32,215 bases of DNA from Azolla caroliniana (GCA_043228905.1 JBHGNT010000354.1:1-32215), one strand, 5' to 3'; shown: positions 1-12,246, counted from the first letter of the stretch. A program made the numbers and translations. Notes: a model not told the origin generated them from the letters alone.

Positions 1-99
1 AATTGTCAATTGGCGACATAGAGAACACTCCTATAGTGAAAGGAGTTCCACTTGCTCTGAAGTTTTCCACATTCGTACTACGTTCACTTTCCACCTAGA

Positions 100-900
100 T
101 GCTTTGACTCCATGCCTACGATTAAACGCAAAAGCATTGTGCATATATCCCAATCAAGATGCAATCCTTAATAGCTTAGAAATCGGAAAACGATCTTTGT
201 CTTTGATATTTTGGTCGACTTGTGTGAATAATGTCCATCTTTACTATAGATCATGGAGCCCATACAAATAACGAGAATTTATATGTGGAATACTTCCGTT
301 TAGTAATTGTCATCACGATGCATTAATCATTGTCCACCCATGTGTTAGCTTTGTTCTACTCATTTGTGACAGTTATGCCCTTATCCTCAATGAAAGATTG
401 GACAATAGATATCCATGGTTGTGAGTATGAACACATATTTATGAGCCATTACTACAACTCCCCTCAAGCACTTAGGGGTTGTTAGTAGGCTACACAAAAC
501 TCACGTGATTCCCAAATTATCCCTCTTTCTTTGCCCATAGTAGCAATGGCCAATAATATAATATCATGGGCTCCATAATGCATTGTCTAACCTTCAGGGG
601 AACAAGAAATGGCCTAGATTGTGACTTCAAATACATGCTCTCTCTCATAATTAACTTACCCTTGTGGTAAGGTGTTACACTACAAGCACTATGGCTTCAT
701 ACATATTTGTTAATTCACTAAATGCAACTGTGGAATGTACGGGTTGAACCCATGACCTCTTGGTCTCCATTGGGCAACTGTAATATATTGCACCCTCCCT
801 TGCATAGTTCTCGATTGCAAAGAAGTAAAAAATGATTGGCCACATCTTTGTGCTTTGGAAGCATGTTATACTTCTATGCACAATCCAACAATAATTCGTG
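100..900 (-). mobile_element. Heavily decayed, internally deleted LINE remnant
   Basis: Minus-strand fragments LKVRQCIMEPMILYYWPLLLWAKK, PWISIVQSFIED and KIVFRFLSY*GLHLDWD/MHNAFAFN lie in the order expected for LINE ORF2 downstream of RT, with stops and frameshifts. Boundaries approximate. Confidence 0.45.
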
Positions 901-3900
901 GTTGTCCTCTGGCACCTATTGCTTTAGGTGGGGTATTGTGTTACCTCGCAACGTCATCTTTGGAGGTCACAGAAACTAGATATAGAGTGCATTCGAATTT
1001 GTATTTGTGCAAACCACAAAAGAGCAAGGTAAAGAATGACAAAAACAATTGTATCCATACTAATCATTATTGTTGTTATAATGTGTCACAATATTTGGGT
1101 TTCTCACGTTTTGAATATCTCTACTTGCGAGAGGCATTGTTCTTTCCACCTTCATCTTGCTATCTATAGATCTCACAAAATTAGTTTCTTAGCACAATGT
1201 ATGTTTATCTTGAGGATCTAGAGGCGTGGAAGAGGTGGCCTTATCCTACCTACATGACCATGTAACCTTTCAACACTTACCTTTCATGTGGCATTTCTTT
1301 CAAAAAACTTGCCCTTTCTAGAGAAAGTAGCAAAGAATTTATGTTTTCTCAGCATGCGGCTTCACCATTTTGTCTTTTCGAATCATATCTTACAAAGAAA
1401 GAAAACAAATTGGAGGCTAAAAATGTCATTTTATTGTCATTAGTGACGAAGAGATAGAAAACGAGATAAGAAATCCTAGGGTGGTTGATGACAACTGTCT
1501 CAATTAAATGTGATGAGTTTTTTGGCCAATCAAACATGAAGGAAAGATCACTGGAACATATTTCAAGTATCTTGATTTGAATTAATTAATTGGATGGACT
1601 ATGTCGTATTCATGCAAGAAGCCTAACAATCATTACCCATCATGCTTCTCTAACCATAATCATACATCTTGGGGTGATATTAAAAATTGGTTTAAAAATG
1701 ACAACCTGTATATTGTCCATTCGATTTTCATGTTTACTCACGATAATTAGATGCATTGTAGAAATCTCTTTCACAGTGAGGACGAGAAATTTGGAAAGTG
1801 CTTTTGAACTAATGGGTTAGGCCTCTTTATCTATGATTCGCTTTGAACATTCCCGGCATTTCACAATGTGAAACCTAATAATTCTCCTTTTCTTTATGTT
1901 ATTAACCCTAACAAAATTGTTGTTGAATGTCAACGCAAATTATTGCATTGCATCAAAACACAATTATATTGTGAAATTAAAAATTATTCTACCTATGTTG
2001 TATGTACAATAAATTGTGGATGGGAAGATTAAACATTATCCACATAAAAACATGGAATTCGTATTAGCTAGCGATTCTCCTCTTGTGTTAAGGAAGAACA
2101 TTGACATGGCAATGTGAAGAATAGATAGAAAAAGAAGTGCATTATAATCTATTTGGTATCTCGTATAAGGGAAACGGTCATTGATTCAAATTTCTAATGT
2201 TTATTCACTTTGTAAATATATTTTGTTAGTTTGAGATGCATTTATCTTTTCATTGCTTTTATATCAAGTTTATCCTCTATGAGGCAATTACACATTCTTC
2301 AAAAAACGTTGTAAAATGTGAATATAGCATTTGCCAAAATGGTTTATCAATGTGATGATGCATGCACAAGTCTAGATGAACTTTTTAGATGTTTTCGTAC
2401 CCCAATTTCTATAGACCAAATAGCGTCTAGAACTTGCCGTTTATTTGAGGTTATAGGACTTTAGTTTTGTGTTATTGTTAAAAGTTTAGGCCATTTATCC
2501 TTCCTTGATGAGGTGTCAAAGAGTTGGATAGAACGTATTTAGGAAACAAGGAAGTAGGGTAATGGGATTGGCTAGCCAGGTCGACTTTTTTTGGCACGTA
2601 AAGATGTACTTAGTCTTGAAGTATGTGCCAATGACTTTAAGACAAGTACTATAGTGCACAAGCTTGTATCTAGGGATCTAGGTCATATTCAATGACAAGT
2701 TCATTGATAGAAAAGAAATATTCACACTACTATAAACTTAGTAGCACGAAAATAAGACTAAAAACAAAATATAAATATCCACCCTCTTTCTTACATTCAC
2801 ATGTTCACATGTTGTGAGTCGTGAGTTGTGAATATTATCGGTGTCATCTAACTCTATAATAAACTAGTCCATATACAATCTAACCTCTAGGGTGTGAGCT
2901 CATGGGAGGACTACCATTGTAAGCTACTCTCATATGTAACAAAAAGTCTACATTGTCACATACATCTAGTTGATATGCCTATCTAGACGATTCTCAATAT
3001 TTACTAAGTAGGTTAAACACAATTGACCCACACACATTTTTTCTAACAATTGTGGCTTTTGCATCTTGACAGGATGAAACTTCAAACAAAAATAGATTTA
3101 GACATTTCCAAACTTTTTTTGCGTGGGTTTAGATATGCTACACACCCCATAATTTTACCCTATAGAGAAGCATTTCTGTGGTCACCAAAGTGTGAAAGTG
3201 ATATTTCCTTGAGATCTAAACATATGATTTTTCGTACATGGATATGCTCCCTCTTTCTCTTTGGAGAATTGGGGGAGGAGGGGGGATAATTTATAAAGGG
3301 CATGGTTGTCCACACAAAGTGACATAAAGACATATAGTCACAATAGAGACATGACCCTAGTGGCATGTCGAATGATTGAGGACACTAGTACCAAATAATG
3401 GGAATATCAAGAAGACTATTTGCTCTACTTTGTTGAATAAAGATTTGAACCTTGAATATTCATCATAAAACACGGAAAAACTCAATTGAGCATTGACACT
3501 TAAAACTGACTTATGTATTATTATCATCATCATAAACAAAAACACTTCAAATACTTATGCACAATTGTTTTGATTCCTTTCACGTCGACATTTCAGCAAT
3601 ATTTTGACTCATGATTACCATGCTTAGTGTTTATCCACAAGCAACACCATCATGAGATTTTTAGATGTTTGCAAAAGTATGGGGTCAATTCAAACCTAAT
3701 TATCAAACCAAACTCTTAGATGTATCCAAATGTAAGGGGTCTCTATGAGCCTAATTATCCAACTAGAAGTTTGGGGGATAGATTACATGTGCTAACCTCA
3801 TATATTGGATCAATGTAGTAAAATGCCTCTCCAAGCATGTTTCTTATAGAATAATAAACTTTGCACATGATAGTTGTACTTTTACGCACGCACAAGGTTG

Positions 3901-5397
3901 TTATATTGCAAAGTTATATGTTGTTTGAATATTGCAATGCTAAATCATACAAATTAACACATGAAAATTTTGAATAATCACATAAAGAATTCATTTCTGT
4001 TACAAACAAAAGTGATTGGTTTGTGCTTCGACCAAGTATATGTACATGTTCTCTTTTTCAACCTATAGTAGTTGGCAAACTAATAAAATGACTTGTATGC
4101 TTTAATGGTTCAATGTTATCTCATGGCGAACTTTTGTTCATGATCTTTGCATACATTAATATTTTAATCATGATATTGAAATCATGGGCTGATGTTTTGA
4201 AACCACAATCCAAGTAACGTACATATAAAGTGGCTCATTGTTTGTTTACTGAATAATCTAAGGGAACAAATTACTTTCAGGTTGTAATGGAACAAATATC
4301 ACTTTTTAGCTTGCCTTCTCTTCAACTAAATTCATTTATTATGATATTCAATGACATTTTTTATCTAAAGTCTTCACAGTATATTAGAAAACCAACCATA
4401 TTTCACACACACGCAAATGAAATATGATCTAAAGTAACCATTGCAAATGTGTATTTATATTGATTATTACCAAGAATAATTTAACTCCAAATGAGCACCG
4501 AGGTTTTACCATAAATATATTTAGGCATAAACTACATATGCCATAATAGCAACACTCCAAGATACATACCATATTAAAATTATATAAATTGGATTACAAT
4601 GTTCTTCCCTATTTGTAGCAATATAGAGTTTAATTATAAGTTACTCGATTACAACCCACAACCCTTCCTTTTCAGCATTGCCAAAGGTTTTCTGCTTTCA
4701 CTTTTATGTGCCAATTCAACATTAGTGTTTATGGTTTTGAGCATTGAATTTCATTGAGATGGAGCTATGAGGCTTAACTTTGTAAGTGAATGTCTTGGAG
4801 TTCCAACACAACTAACCATTGCACAAAAGCCTTTACAAAACCTTCCACTACAAAATTAACTTCGTCATATAACATGACAATTTGCACGCTTACACTTTCT
4901 ACTAGATTTGATGAAGTAAATTTGAAGTCTATATGTTTGCGCCATTAAATAGAGCACTTATACAATCTTTTGAGTTAATAATAGAGGTTTCATGAGACAA
5001 TAATATTATTGTCTCCTCTCCATACCAATGTTCCTAAACAAAAAGCATCTCGAATATTTCATACTCTATATATATCTCATTCTCAAACTATTCTCCTACC
5101 AAGTATGGTCTTTTAGCAATAACCATTACATGGTATGTTACTTATTTTCTAACCTCATCTAAGACAAACAATAGAATATGTATCCAATTTAACCATGTAA
5201 ATGGTATCACAAACTTGATTTCCTTTCCAAGCAAATTATAGGATAGAAATGCATAGAACTTAGCTCAAGTACTAATATGCAATCGAATGATGCCAGAGAA
5301 CTTCCATCTGTATTAAATCTGGTCTTATGAAACTCTAGATCATAATATTCCAATATTTCATAGCCTTCTGATTAAAATTTGCCTTTGCATTCTGACC

Positions 5398-5464
5398 CTG
5401 CTAAAAGAGAAATAGTTTCAAACAAAACGTTGACTTAATCATCACAGCTTAGAGATATGCTTAC
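5398..5464 (-). other. Candidate intron in the 3' UTR of ANKZF1
   Basis: GAG|GTAAGC donor at 5464 and TATTTCTCTTTTAGCAG| acceptor at 5398 (tandem TAG/CAG), 67 nt, about 365 nt past the stop codon. Confidence 0.5.
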
Positions 5465-5828
5465 CTCATTGTTCAGAAAACAAAAAGTGTGTATGATCAT
5501 ATCTTAGACCCTCTTAAATATAATGAGAAAGCTGTCTCTGCTTTGGATCAAAAAAGCAATTACTTTATTTACTTCAATGCTCTGAGAATGTTCAGTTCAT
5601 AAGAACCTCTTAAACATTCATGACTTTTCAGGCAAAAATTTGTTCTTTGATTTGATTTGAACCTTAAAGCTGGACAGATGGCCTTCAATAATCATGCCAT
5701 GCCAATTTCAATAATTAGCCCACACTCTCAAACAAATATAACAATGTAGGATAACAATTGTTTGTAACGACTATTAAACCAATCCATCTGTACTTTCTGC
5801 GACAGATGACCAACCATCCAGAGCGTCA

Positions 5829-8800
5829 TTATGAGCTCTCTAGAACTAACCTATGGGCATTTACACATCTTGTACTGCAATACTGATAAGAAAACCGATA
5901 GAACGGAGTCATATTGAGCAGAGACATTCCACAGAAAGAACAAGACCTGGAAGAAGATGTATTCAAAGAACTGGTGATGTTCCTAGAGCTCGATTCTAAT
6001 ACACTTGAAACTGCCGATATTCTTTTCTCAGCTGCAGCTGCACGCATTTCTCGTTCTTTTGCTCGTTGTGCAGCCTGCAAGCATACTATTGACATTAATT
6101 TCAAGGAGAAATTTAAAGTTTCATTCACCCCAAACATAACTTGTAATTAACAGCAGTGTACAAGAGGGGAGGAGAAAATTAGCTATATAGCAAATTAATA
6201 CTGATCATAGGTAACAGTTTCATATGGACAAGTGAACGTGGAGGAAAGAAAGCATTTTGGTATGCCTTCTCCAAGGAATTTTCTATTAAAAGAAATGAAT
6301 ATTACTTTTACAAGCACATGCCAGGAAAAGACATAGCCTGGCTAGAGCTTACACTATGGCAGCCAACACTAGAGTATTTATAGTGATAACTTGGGCCTTA
6401 CTTATTTCGGGAGATAGAGATTAAACATGCTTAAATTCGAGAACTATCAGAATTTCTTTGTGAGCTGGTCACTTTAAACAATAGTGTCTATCAATATGCT
6501 ATAGCTACCATGTTCAAATTGAGCAGCTCTCAAGCCCGATAAGCTTACATTTAGGCTCACTTAGATCCATCATGCATATTTAGTGCCTTGATCCTTGGGC
6601 TCTTGTAAATCTTCCAGATATAATTATGTATTGCAGTCTATTATATTTACCTCCTCTTTGTGGTTTAGTAAAGCACCCTTGATTTTCATAGTTGGAATCA
6701 CATTGAAACCTCTAGAAACAAAATATAGAAAAAGGCAGCTTGAAGCATGACACTGATCTTCTGTCATAGAGTGTTCTTGTCATAAATCTTGTCAGACTTA
6801 TGTACTTTCTACTTTATGGGAATTGATGTTTCTGTATTTTTGGGTATGTTCTCTTTTGTAGTAGTCAGTACTTTTAATAGGCATAATGGATTTTTCGTTG
6901 GTGTATAAACATCAAATGAGCAAGGAGGATAGTGTACGTTTATCTCCCAAGAGTATTAATCAGTACTTCACATTATGAAGCCTATTTGTGTTAAATAAAC
7001 AATACCGCAATTGATTAACGGGCTCTTTTTACAACAAAGTGTACTTACATCATCAAATGCTGAAGGAGGTACGTTTTGCTTTAGCTTTACGAATTCCTGT
7101 GCCAATGTTTTCTTTTGACTGATTACAACTTTAGATGTGGCTGTTGCTAGTTCCTGCACCTGTAACAAAAAGGATTTATTATCATTCAAAGACTACAAAA
7201 GAGAATGATGGGGCATGTTATTCATATGGTATGATGTATCCAGCTGAGACGTGAAAGACAAGGAACAAATAAACCTGATTGTGATCTGTTTGAATTGTGT
7301 AATAAATATGGTTTACCCAAGATAACATCCCTATTTTAAATATTGAAACAGCAGAAAATACAATCAATCTTCCAGATCGATGGGGAACCTTTGGTCATTC
7401 CACTGCATCCGTTTAATATTTTATTTTAGTTCTTTGATGCAGTTCTGTTTTGATTTTTTTCTTTCAATGATTAAATCATGGCAGAAATACTTATTTGACA
7501 TAGAAGGATCCATAGAAGTGCCTTAAATGAAGATACTTAAAAAGCAAATCTAGATGAAAGCATACCTGAGATCTCTGCTTTTCCTTCCTAAGTTTCTTCA
7601 GTTCCTTAGCCTTAGATTTCCGTTTTGCCTCCTTTTCCGCCTACCAGAAGTTAAAACAGTTGTCCTCTTAAAAATATTGCCAGAAACATAAGCTTAAAAT
7701 TAGGAATATAACAAAAACAAAAACATGTAAAAATAACCATGACATTAGTGTAGGAAAACTACATAGCAGTGCTACATGTGAAATTTGATCTATGTAAATC
7801 TAATTACATGGATTAATTACCATAAATCTCGTTGTATAGATTAATAAGAGGCACATCACTAATTAAAGCTGATAGCTCCCTGTTTAGTTCCTTGATTTTA
7901 AATCAATAGGACGTACTATATAAAGAAGCAATAACATTTAAACCCAAGTTTTTTGTTATCATTGCATCTTCATGGTAAAAGACAATGAAGAAAAGGAAAT
8001 GCAATCATAGGCAGGAGCTATAGATGCCAAAGCTCAAGCTCAGCAAGCTCAAAAAGAAATGTGGAAATGTTCCTGGATAGATTTAGTTATAAAAGCAAAA
8101 CACAGCACCCGTGGATAAGCTGGGATAGATGAATGCAACATTCGAAGAAGCCAAAATGAAAACTTGAGCATTACATGTACCGACTGTGTGGGCTGAAACA
8201 GGAAACCCACAGGAAGATGTCACGGAATCTTGGAACAAGGATCAGGGCATCAGATATTCCAATTTCTCTAGAGATGAATCTTTTCACCTAAAGCTTTAAT
8301 CATCAGCAAAAGAAAAAAAACTTTTGTATGCAAGACAAGGCTTTATGATCAGCAGAAACATTACAGCATTTGCAAAAGAGAAGTTACCTTCACATCTTCA
8401 TGATACTAGATATTAACCTTTTCTTCAACTGTGTCCATTCTAGAATTTGAACACACATATGACCATGATTAAAAATCACATTCTAGGGTGAACTTTCCAA
8501 ATACATATAAGAATCCATTCCAATTAACAAGTTATGCTATTTTGATGGAATTGGTTGCCTATAGAATAATTGAACTTAGTTTAGTACGTAATGTGCATCT
8601 TATGTCGTATGCATGTAAGAATTCACTTTAAATAAAAGTTTAACATACAATGTGCAACGTATGTGGTATGCATGCAAGTATTCACGTTAAAATAAAAATA
8701 AGCCACAAATCACTAAACCATACCTGTTTTGCTGCTTGTGCTGCTTCCATTTCTTCTGTCAGAGCACTTGGTACATTTGCTGCATGCCAATCCCACATAT

Positions 8801-11800
8801 CCATGTGTTGAGCCATGAATTTGCGAAATATGTTTCTCGTCTCTTTATCAACAGCAACACTGTAAGGTGTTCGTCCTCGCTCATCTCTTACACATGGATT
8901 GGAAGCATTCTCCAATAATTCCAAAACCAAATGCACATCTCCCATCTGAGCGGCAACATGAAGTGGGGTTGATGTACCCGGCATTTTTGTATCGGCCATT
9001 ACAATATTTTTCCCGTGACTTGACTCATTTGACAAAGTTTCAATGTAAGGAGGAGAAACTTGAATCAAGTTATCATCTTTATCGATTCCATCAATTTCTT
9101 TATTTGCAGATGATCCCGTCAAAGGATTCATATCACTTACAATAACAGCATCCATCTTTATGCAGTCATGTTTTTCATAACAAATGCTTGTCAATTCATA
9201 AAAAATACGTTTCGTTTCCTTGAAAGTGGGACGACGTGTTGTGACAGGAACGCTGCAAATTCGCTCGTCATTCTGTTTTAGAGGTCCACCATCACCACCA
9301 AAAAAGGCACGACTATTTCTGGAAGGAGCATGTAAAAATATACGAGAAGCTACTTCAAGGTAGCTGTTCCAAGAGATTAAGAGATCTCTTATTTCCTGCA
9401 TACAAAGAACTCAGTTCCATGACGCACATATAGAACCAAACCCTTGCTGTTCATTTCCATAAAAGAAGATTTTTTCTTCAGTAAGGCCAGGGGCAGGGTC
9501 CATAATCTTGCAGGAGAGACTTGAATAGAACATTTAAATGTTCATAGGTTTAATGTGCATATGTACATATTTTCCTGGGCATGGAAGCCACGTGATATCA
9601 TTACAGACCTTCATACGATCTGCAATCACTAAGAGATGCAAAAGAAATTGGCTACTTCTCTGACCAAAGAGGGCAATGACAACGCAGTAATAGTTGGTAG
9701 TGACTCCTCTCATGGTTTAGGTACCTCAGTTGGTTAGAGCAAAGGACTGAAAATCCTTGGGTCAGTGGTTCAAATCCACTCCTAAACAGCGAATTATTAG
9801 TTTCAAATCTAAAAGTGATTTTCAGTGAAACAGGAACTACGGATGTAAACCAAAAGAAATCTGTGTCACCTGATGTCTTCATGATAGGACTGCAAAATCC
9901 TACTTGATCCATGAAAATAATCATGCGTTTACAAATTATATGGCTATGATGAAAGAAAATGATAGATTTACCCTTTGTAGAGCTGCTTCATTGTGGCGGC
10001 GGAGAGAGGCACCTGCAGATTTGGGAGCTCTACCAGTTGCGTCTCTGGTTGATTGTCTTCCACCAGCTTTAGCACGCACAACATACCTGAAAACCTGTAA
10101 AAGCTTCAATGTCTTCTTTTTCCAATGTCAAATCAAGATACAAGTAATCATGCATTCTATGATAGCAATGCAATTTGTGTGGATACCCCTCCTTGTTTGG
10201 ATGCTCGTGAATTTGGTGAGTAAACTAAAACTTTAACATATTCGTGTCATTGTGTTAATTAGCATAAATTCGTAATTAAACTTATAAATTCCACAGCTAA
10301 GATAAAAAAGAATTGTGATTACAATGTTTCTATGGTACATAAGAGCATGGATGGTGATTATGTATAGTTCTCAAGTTTGAGCAATAGTTAAACCCTACAT
10401 AATAATTCTATTTTTTAGCCAAAATGGAAATTGCTCACTGAAAATTCTGAACACTGTTCAAGAGCCCATATTTCAATCATTAACAATGTTCATATTGCAT
10501 GATTACTCACCTGTGATGTGTTTTATGTGCTAGAATTGAACCATTTCTTGCATCAAATACAGACCCTGCAAAGTGCCCACCCGTTGACAGCAAGACAACC
10601 CACAAATGTTTTTCTGCGCAACCCCTACCAGATGCAAATCTCTTCAACCTTTGCAATATTTCATCCCCTGTAACCAGACCCCCACCTTCACTGTTTGGCT
10701 CAACCTGATGATCTTTGCATAACTTTTCATTTTCTCGTAAAATGACACACTTCCACAAAGAAGCTATTTCATCTGAGTTTTTTAATGACAAGAAAATTTG
10801 ATTGTGTTTTCGTGGAGGCGAAGGTTTGGCAACCGTTTGCACATTCTCATCTTCACTGCTATTACTTTCCTCGTCCTCAGAACCAGAGATGCTGGAGATG
10901 TCATCATCTCTCTGATATTGTCCCTCTACAAGCATCTCAAACTCCTCTTCAGAAACAGCTTCCTTCCCAGAAAACTTGCGTTTTACCTGAAAGAAGAAAG
11001 AAGGAAGAAAAATATGTGCTGTAGAGTGAAAATGTCCTATCAAAAACAAAATCAAAACTCTACTGACAACAAACTTGAAGCAATATAGGATGAAAATGCT
11101 TGAAATAAAGAAAAACACTGAATTTTACAAACAAATAAGGAAAATTAAGAAATCTATAGTGAAACTTATCCAATCAAATATCACGATGAATACAAATAGT
11201 AACTGACTAACATTCAACTGAAGGAAACTGAGCAAAATTTGTGGAAAATGTTCAATTACACATCACAATGAAAAAAAGTGATGAAAAAAAAAAGTTGAAT
11301 AAAATTTTGAAATGGTTGGAAATCAAGAGATCTACACATATTACACATCATAACGAAAACAATCTTGCAGAAATCAAATGTAATCTATAGTAAAGAAGTC
11401 GAATAAAATCTGAACTCAGTTTACATTCCAGCAAACGAAATCAAGAAATCCACAGTGAAAATGCAACAAAAAAGAATCCACAGTGAAAATAAAATAAAGA
11501 TTTGAAGCTACACTTACATTCAAACGATGGAAATCAGACTTGAAGTGAGACCTCTGATCATCGAGAGAGGAGAAATCCATTGTGCGGCAAGTGCTACAAG
11601 ACCATCGGGTCAGGGTTTGGTTCTGCGAAAGATCACACGGAGGAAGATACTGTGAAGGAGAAGCAGAAGAAGACGACGAAGACGACGAAGCCAAAGAGGG
11701 CTGGTACCTTCTTCGTGAGGTTCCATCGGCCGAGGGGTGATGGTCGAGGAGGAGAGCTGCCGAGTCAAAGAAGGAGATGGATGCGTCGAGGAGGGACTTT

Positions 11801-11904
11801 GGTCTGCTGGTAGAGGAGGAGGACGAAGGTGGGACGGCAGAGGAAGAAGAAGAAGAAGAAGCCATGGCTGCTGCGTCAGAGGACATGGACATGGACATGG
11901 ACAT
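5829..11904 (-). CDS. ANKZF1: ANKZF1/Vms1 homolog: C2H2-type zinc finger, VLRF1 (eRF1-like peptidyl-tRNA endonuclease) domain, ankyrin repeats, coiled coil and C-terminal treble-clef zinc finger; about 690-700 aa
   Basis: Hand-spliced exons with GT-AG ends and consistent phases: 11904-11518, 10986-10511, 10086-9972, 9395-8724, 7640-7566, 7159-7049, (possible small exon 6677-6651), 6074-5829. Motifs: WSCSTC...QRSHFKSDFHRLNVKRK (zinc finger); VVLLSTGGHFAG...HKTHHRYVVRAKAGGRQS...SAGASLRRHNEAAL (VLRF1; putative catalytic Gln codon at 10055-10053); TPLHVAAQ...GRTPY (ankyrin); WDWHAANVPSALT; REMRAAAAEKR; CSFCG...YCSTRCVNAHR. An alternative start at 11865 has GCC-ATG-GCT context. Confidence 0.95.
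9715..9788 (+). tRNA. trnF: Plant-mitochondrial-type tRNA-Phe(GAA) copy (probable NUMT, possibly a pseudogene) inside ANKZF1 intron 3, antisense to the host gene
   Basis: Full cloverleaf: acceptor GTTTAGG/CCTAAAC, anticodon stem AAGGA/TCCTT with loop CT-GAA-AA (GAA at 9749-9751), T arm AGTGG-TTCAAAT-CCACT, discriminator A. The D-stem CCTC/GAGC has a C10:C25 mismatch. The core GGTTAGAGCAAAGGACTGAAAATCCTT..GTCAGTGGTTC matches land-plant mitochondrial trnF as I recall it and differs from the cytosolic tRNA-Phe at 28454. Confidence 0.88.
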
Positions 11905-11932
11905 GATGGAGGAGGAGGAGGAGGAGGAGGAG
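11836..11932. repeat. Microsatellites around the ANKZF1 start: (GAA)n, (GGACAT)4 and (GGA)n
   Basis: Directly visible. On the minus strand they give poly-Ser, MSMSMSMS and a (TCC)n 5' leader. Confidence 0.9.
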
Positions 11933-12010
11933 AAGCCTCATAAAATGATGGGCTTCCTTCCACTTCATTCATCAGACTTTTTGAGGTTATTAAGTCTACA
12001 CCTGCAAAAA

Positions 12011-12198
12011 TCATGTCGTGTCGTGTCCTGCCATGTCATTATGTCGTGTCCTGCCATCATCGTGTCATGCTGCCATGTCATCATGCCGTGTTGTGTCCTG
12101 CCATGTCATCATGTCGTGTTGTGTCGTGCCATGTCACTGTGTCGTGCCATGCCATGTCATCACACCATGTGTCATGCCGCATTGCGTTGTTGTGGCAT

Positions 12199-12246
<48 letters not shown>

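Noticed and set aside
855-1169. + strand ORF containing IIRGCPLAP, similar to the LINE RT motif RQGCPLAP
   Set aside because: The motif is isolated, with no other RT motifs in that frame, and the neighbouring LINE-like fragments read on the minus strand.
4670-4900. Faint similarity to a copia RNase H C-terminus (IAK..FH, DGAMRLNFVS, QKPL)
   Set aside because: Too degraded to support without a profile search.
8240-8308. Possible intronic C/D snoRNA on the minus strand (CTGATGA ... CTGA)
   Set aside because: Non-consensus C box, no convincing terminal stem and no recognisable rRNA guide.
5914-11088. Short + strand ORFs opposite ANKZF1 exons (for example 5914-6150, 8867-9145, 9904-10236, 10785-11088)
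   Set aside because: These are antisense shadows of real coding exons with no independent motifs.
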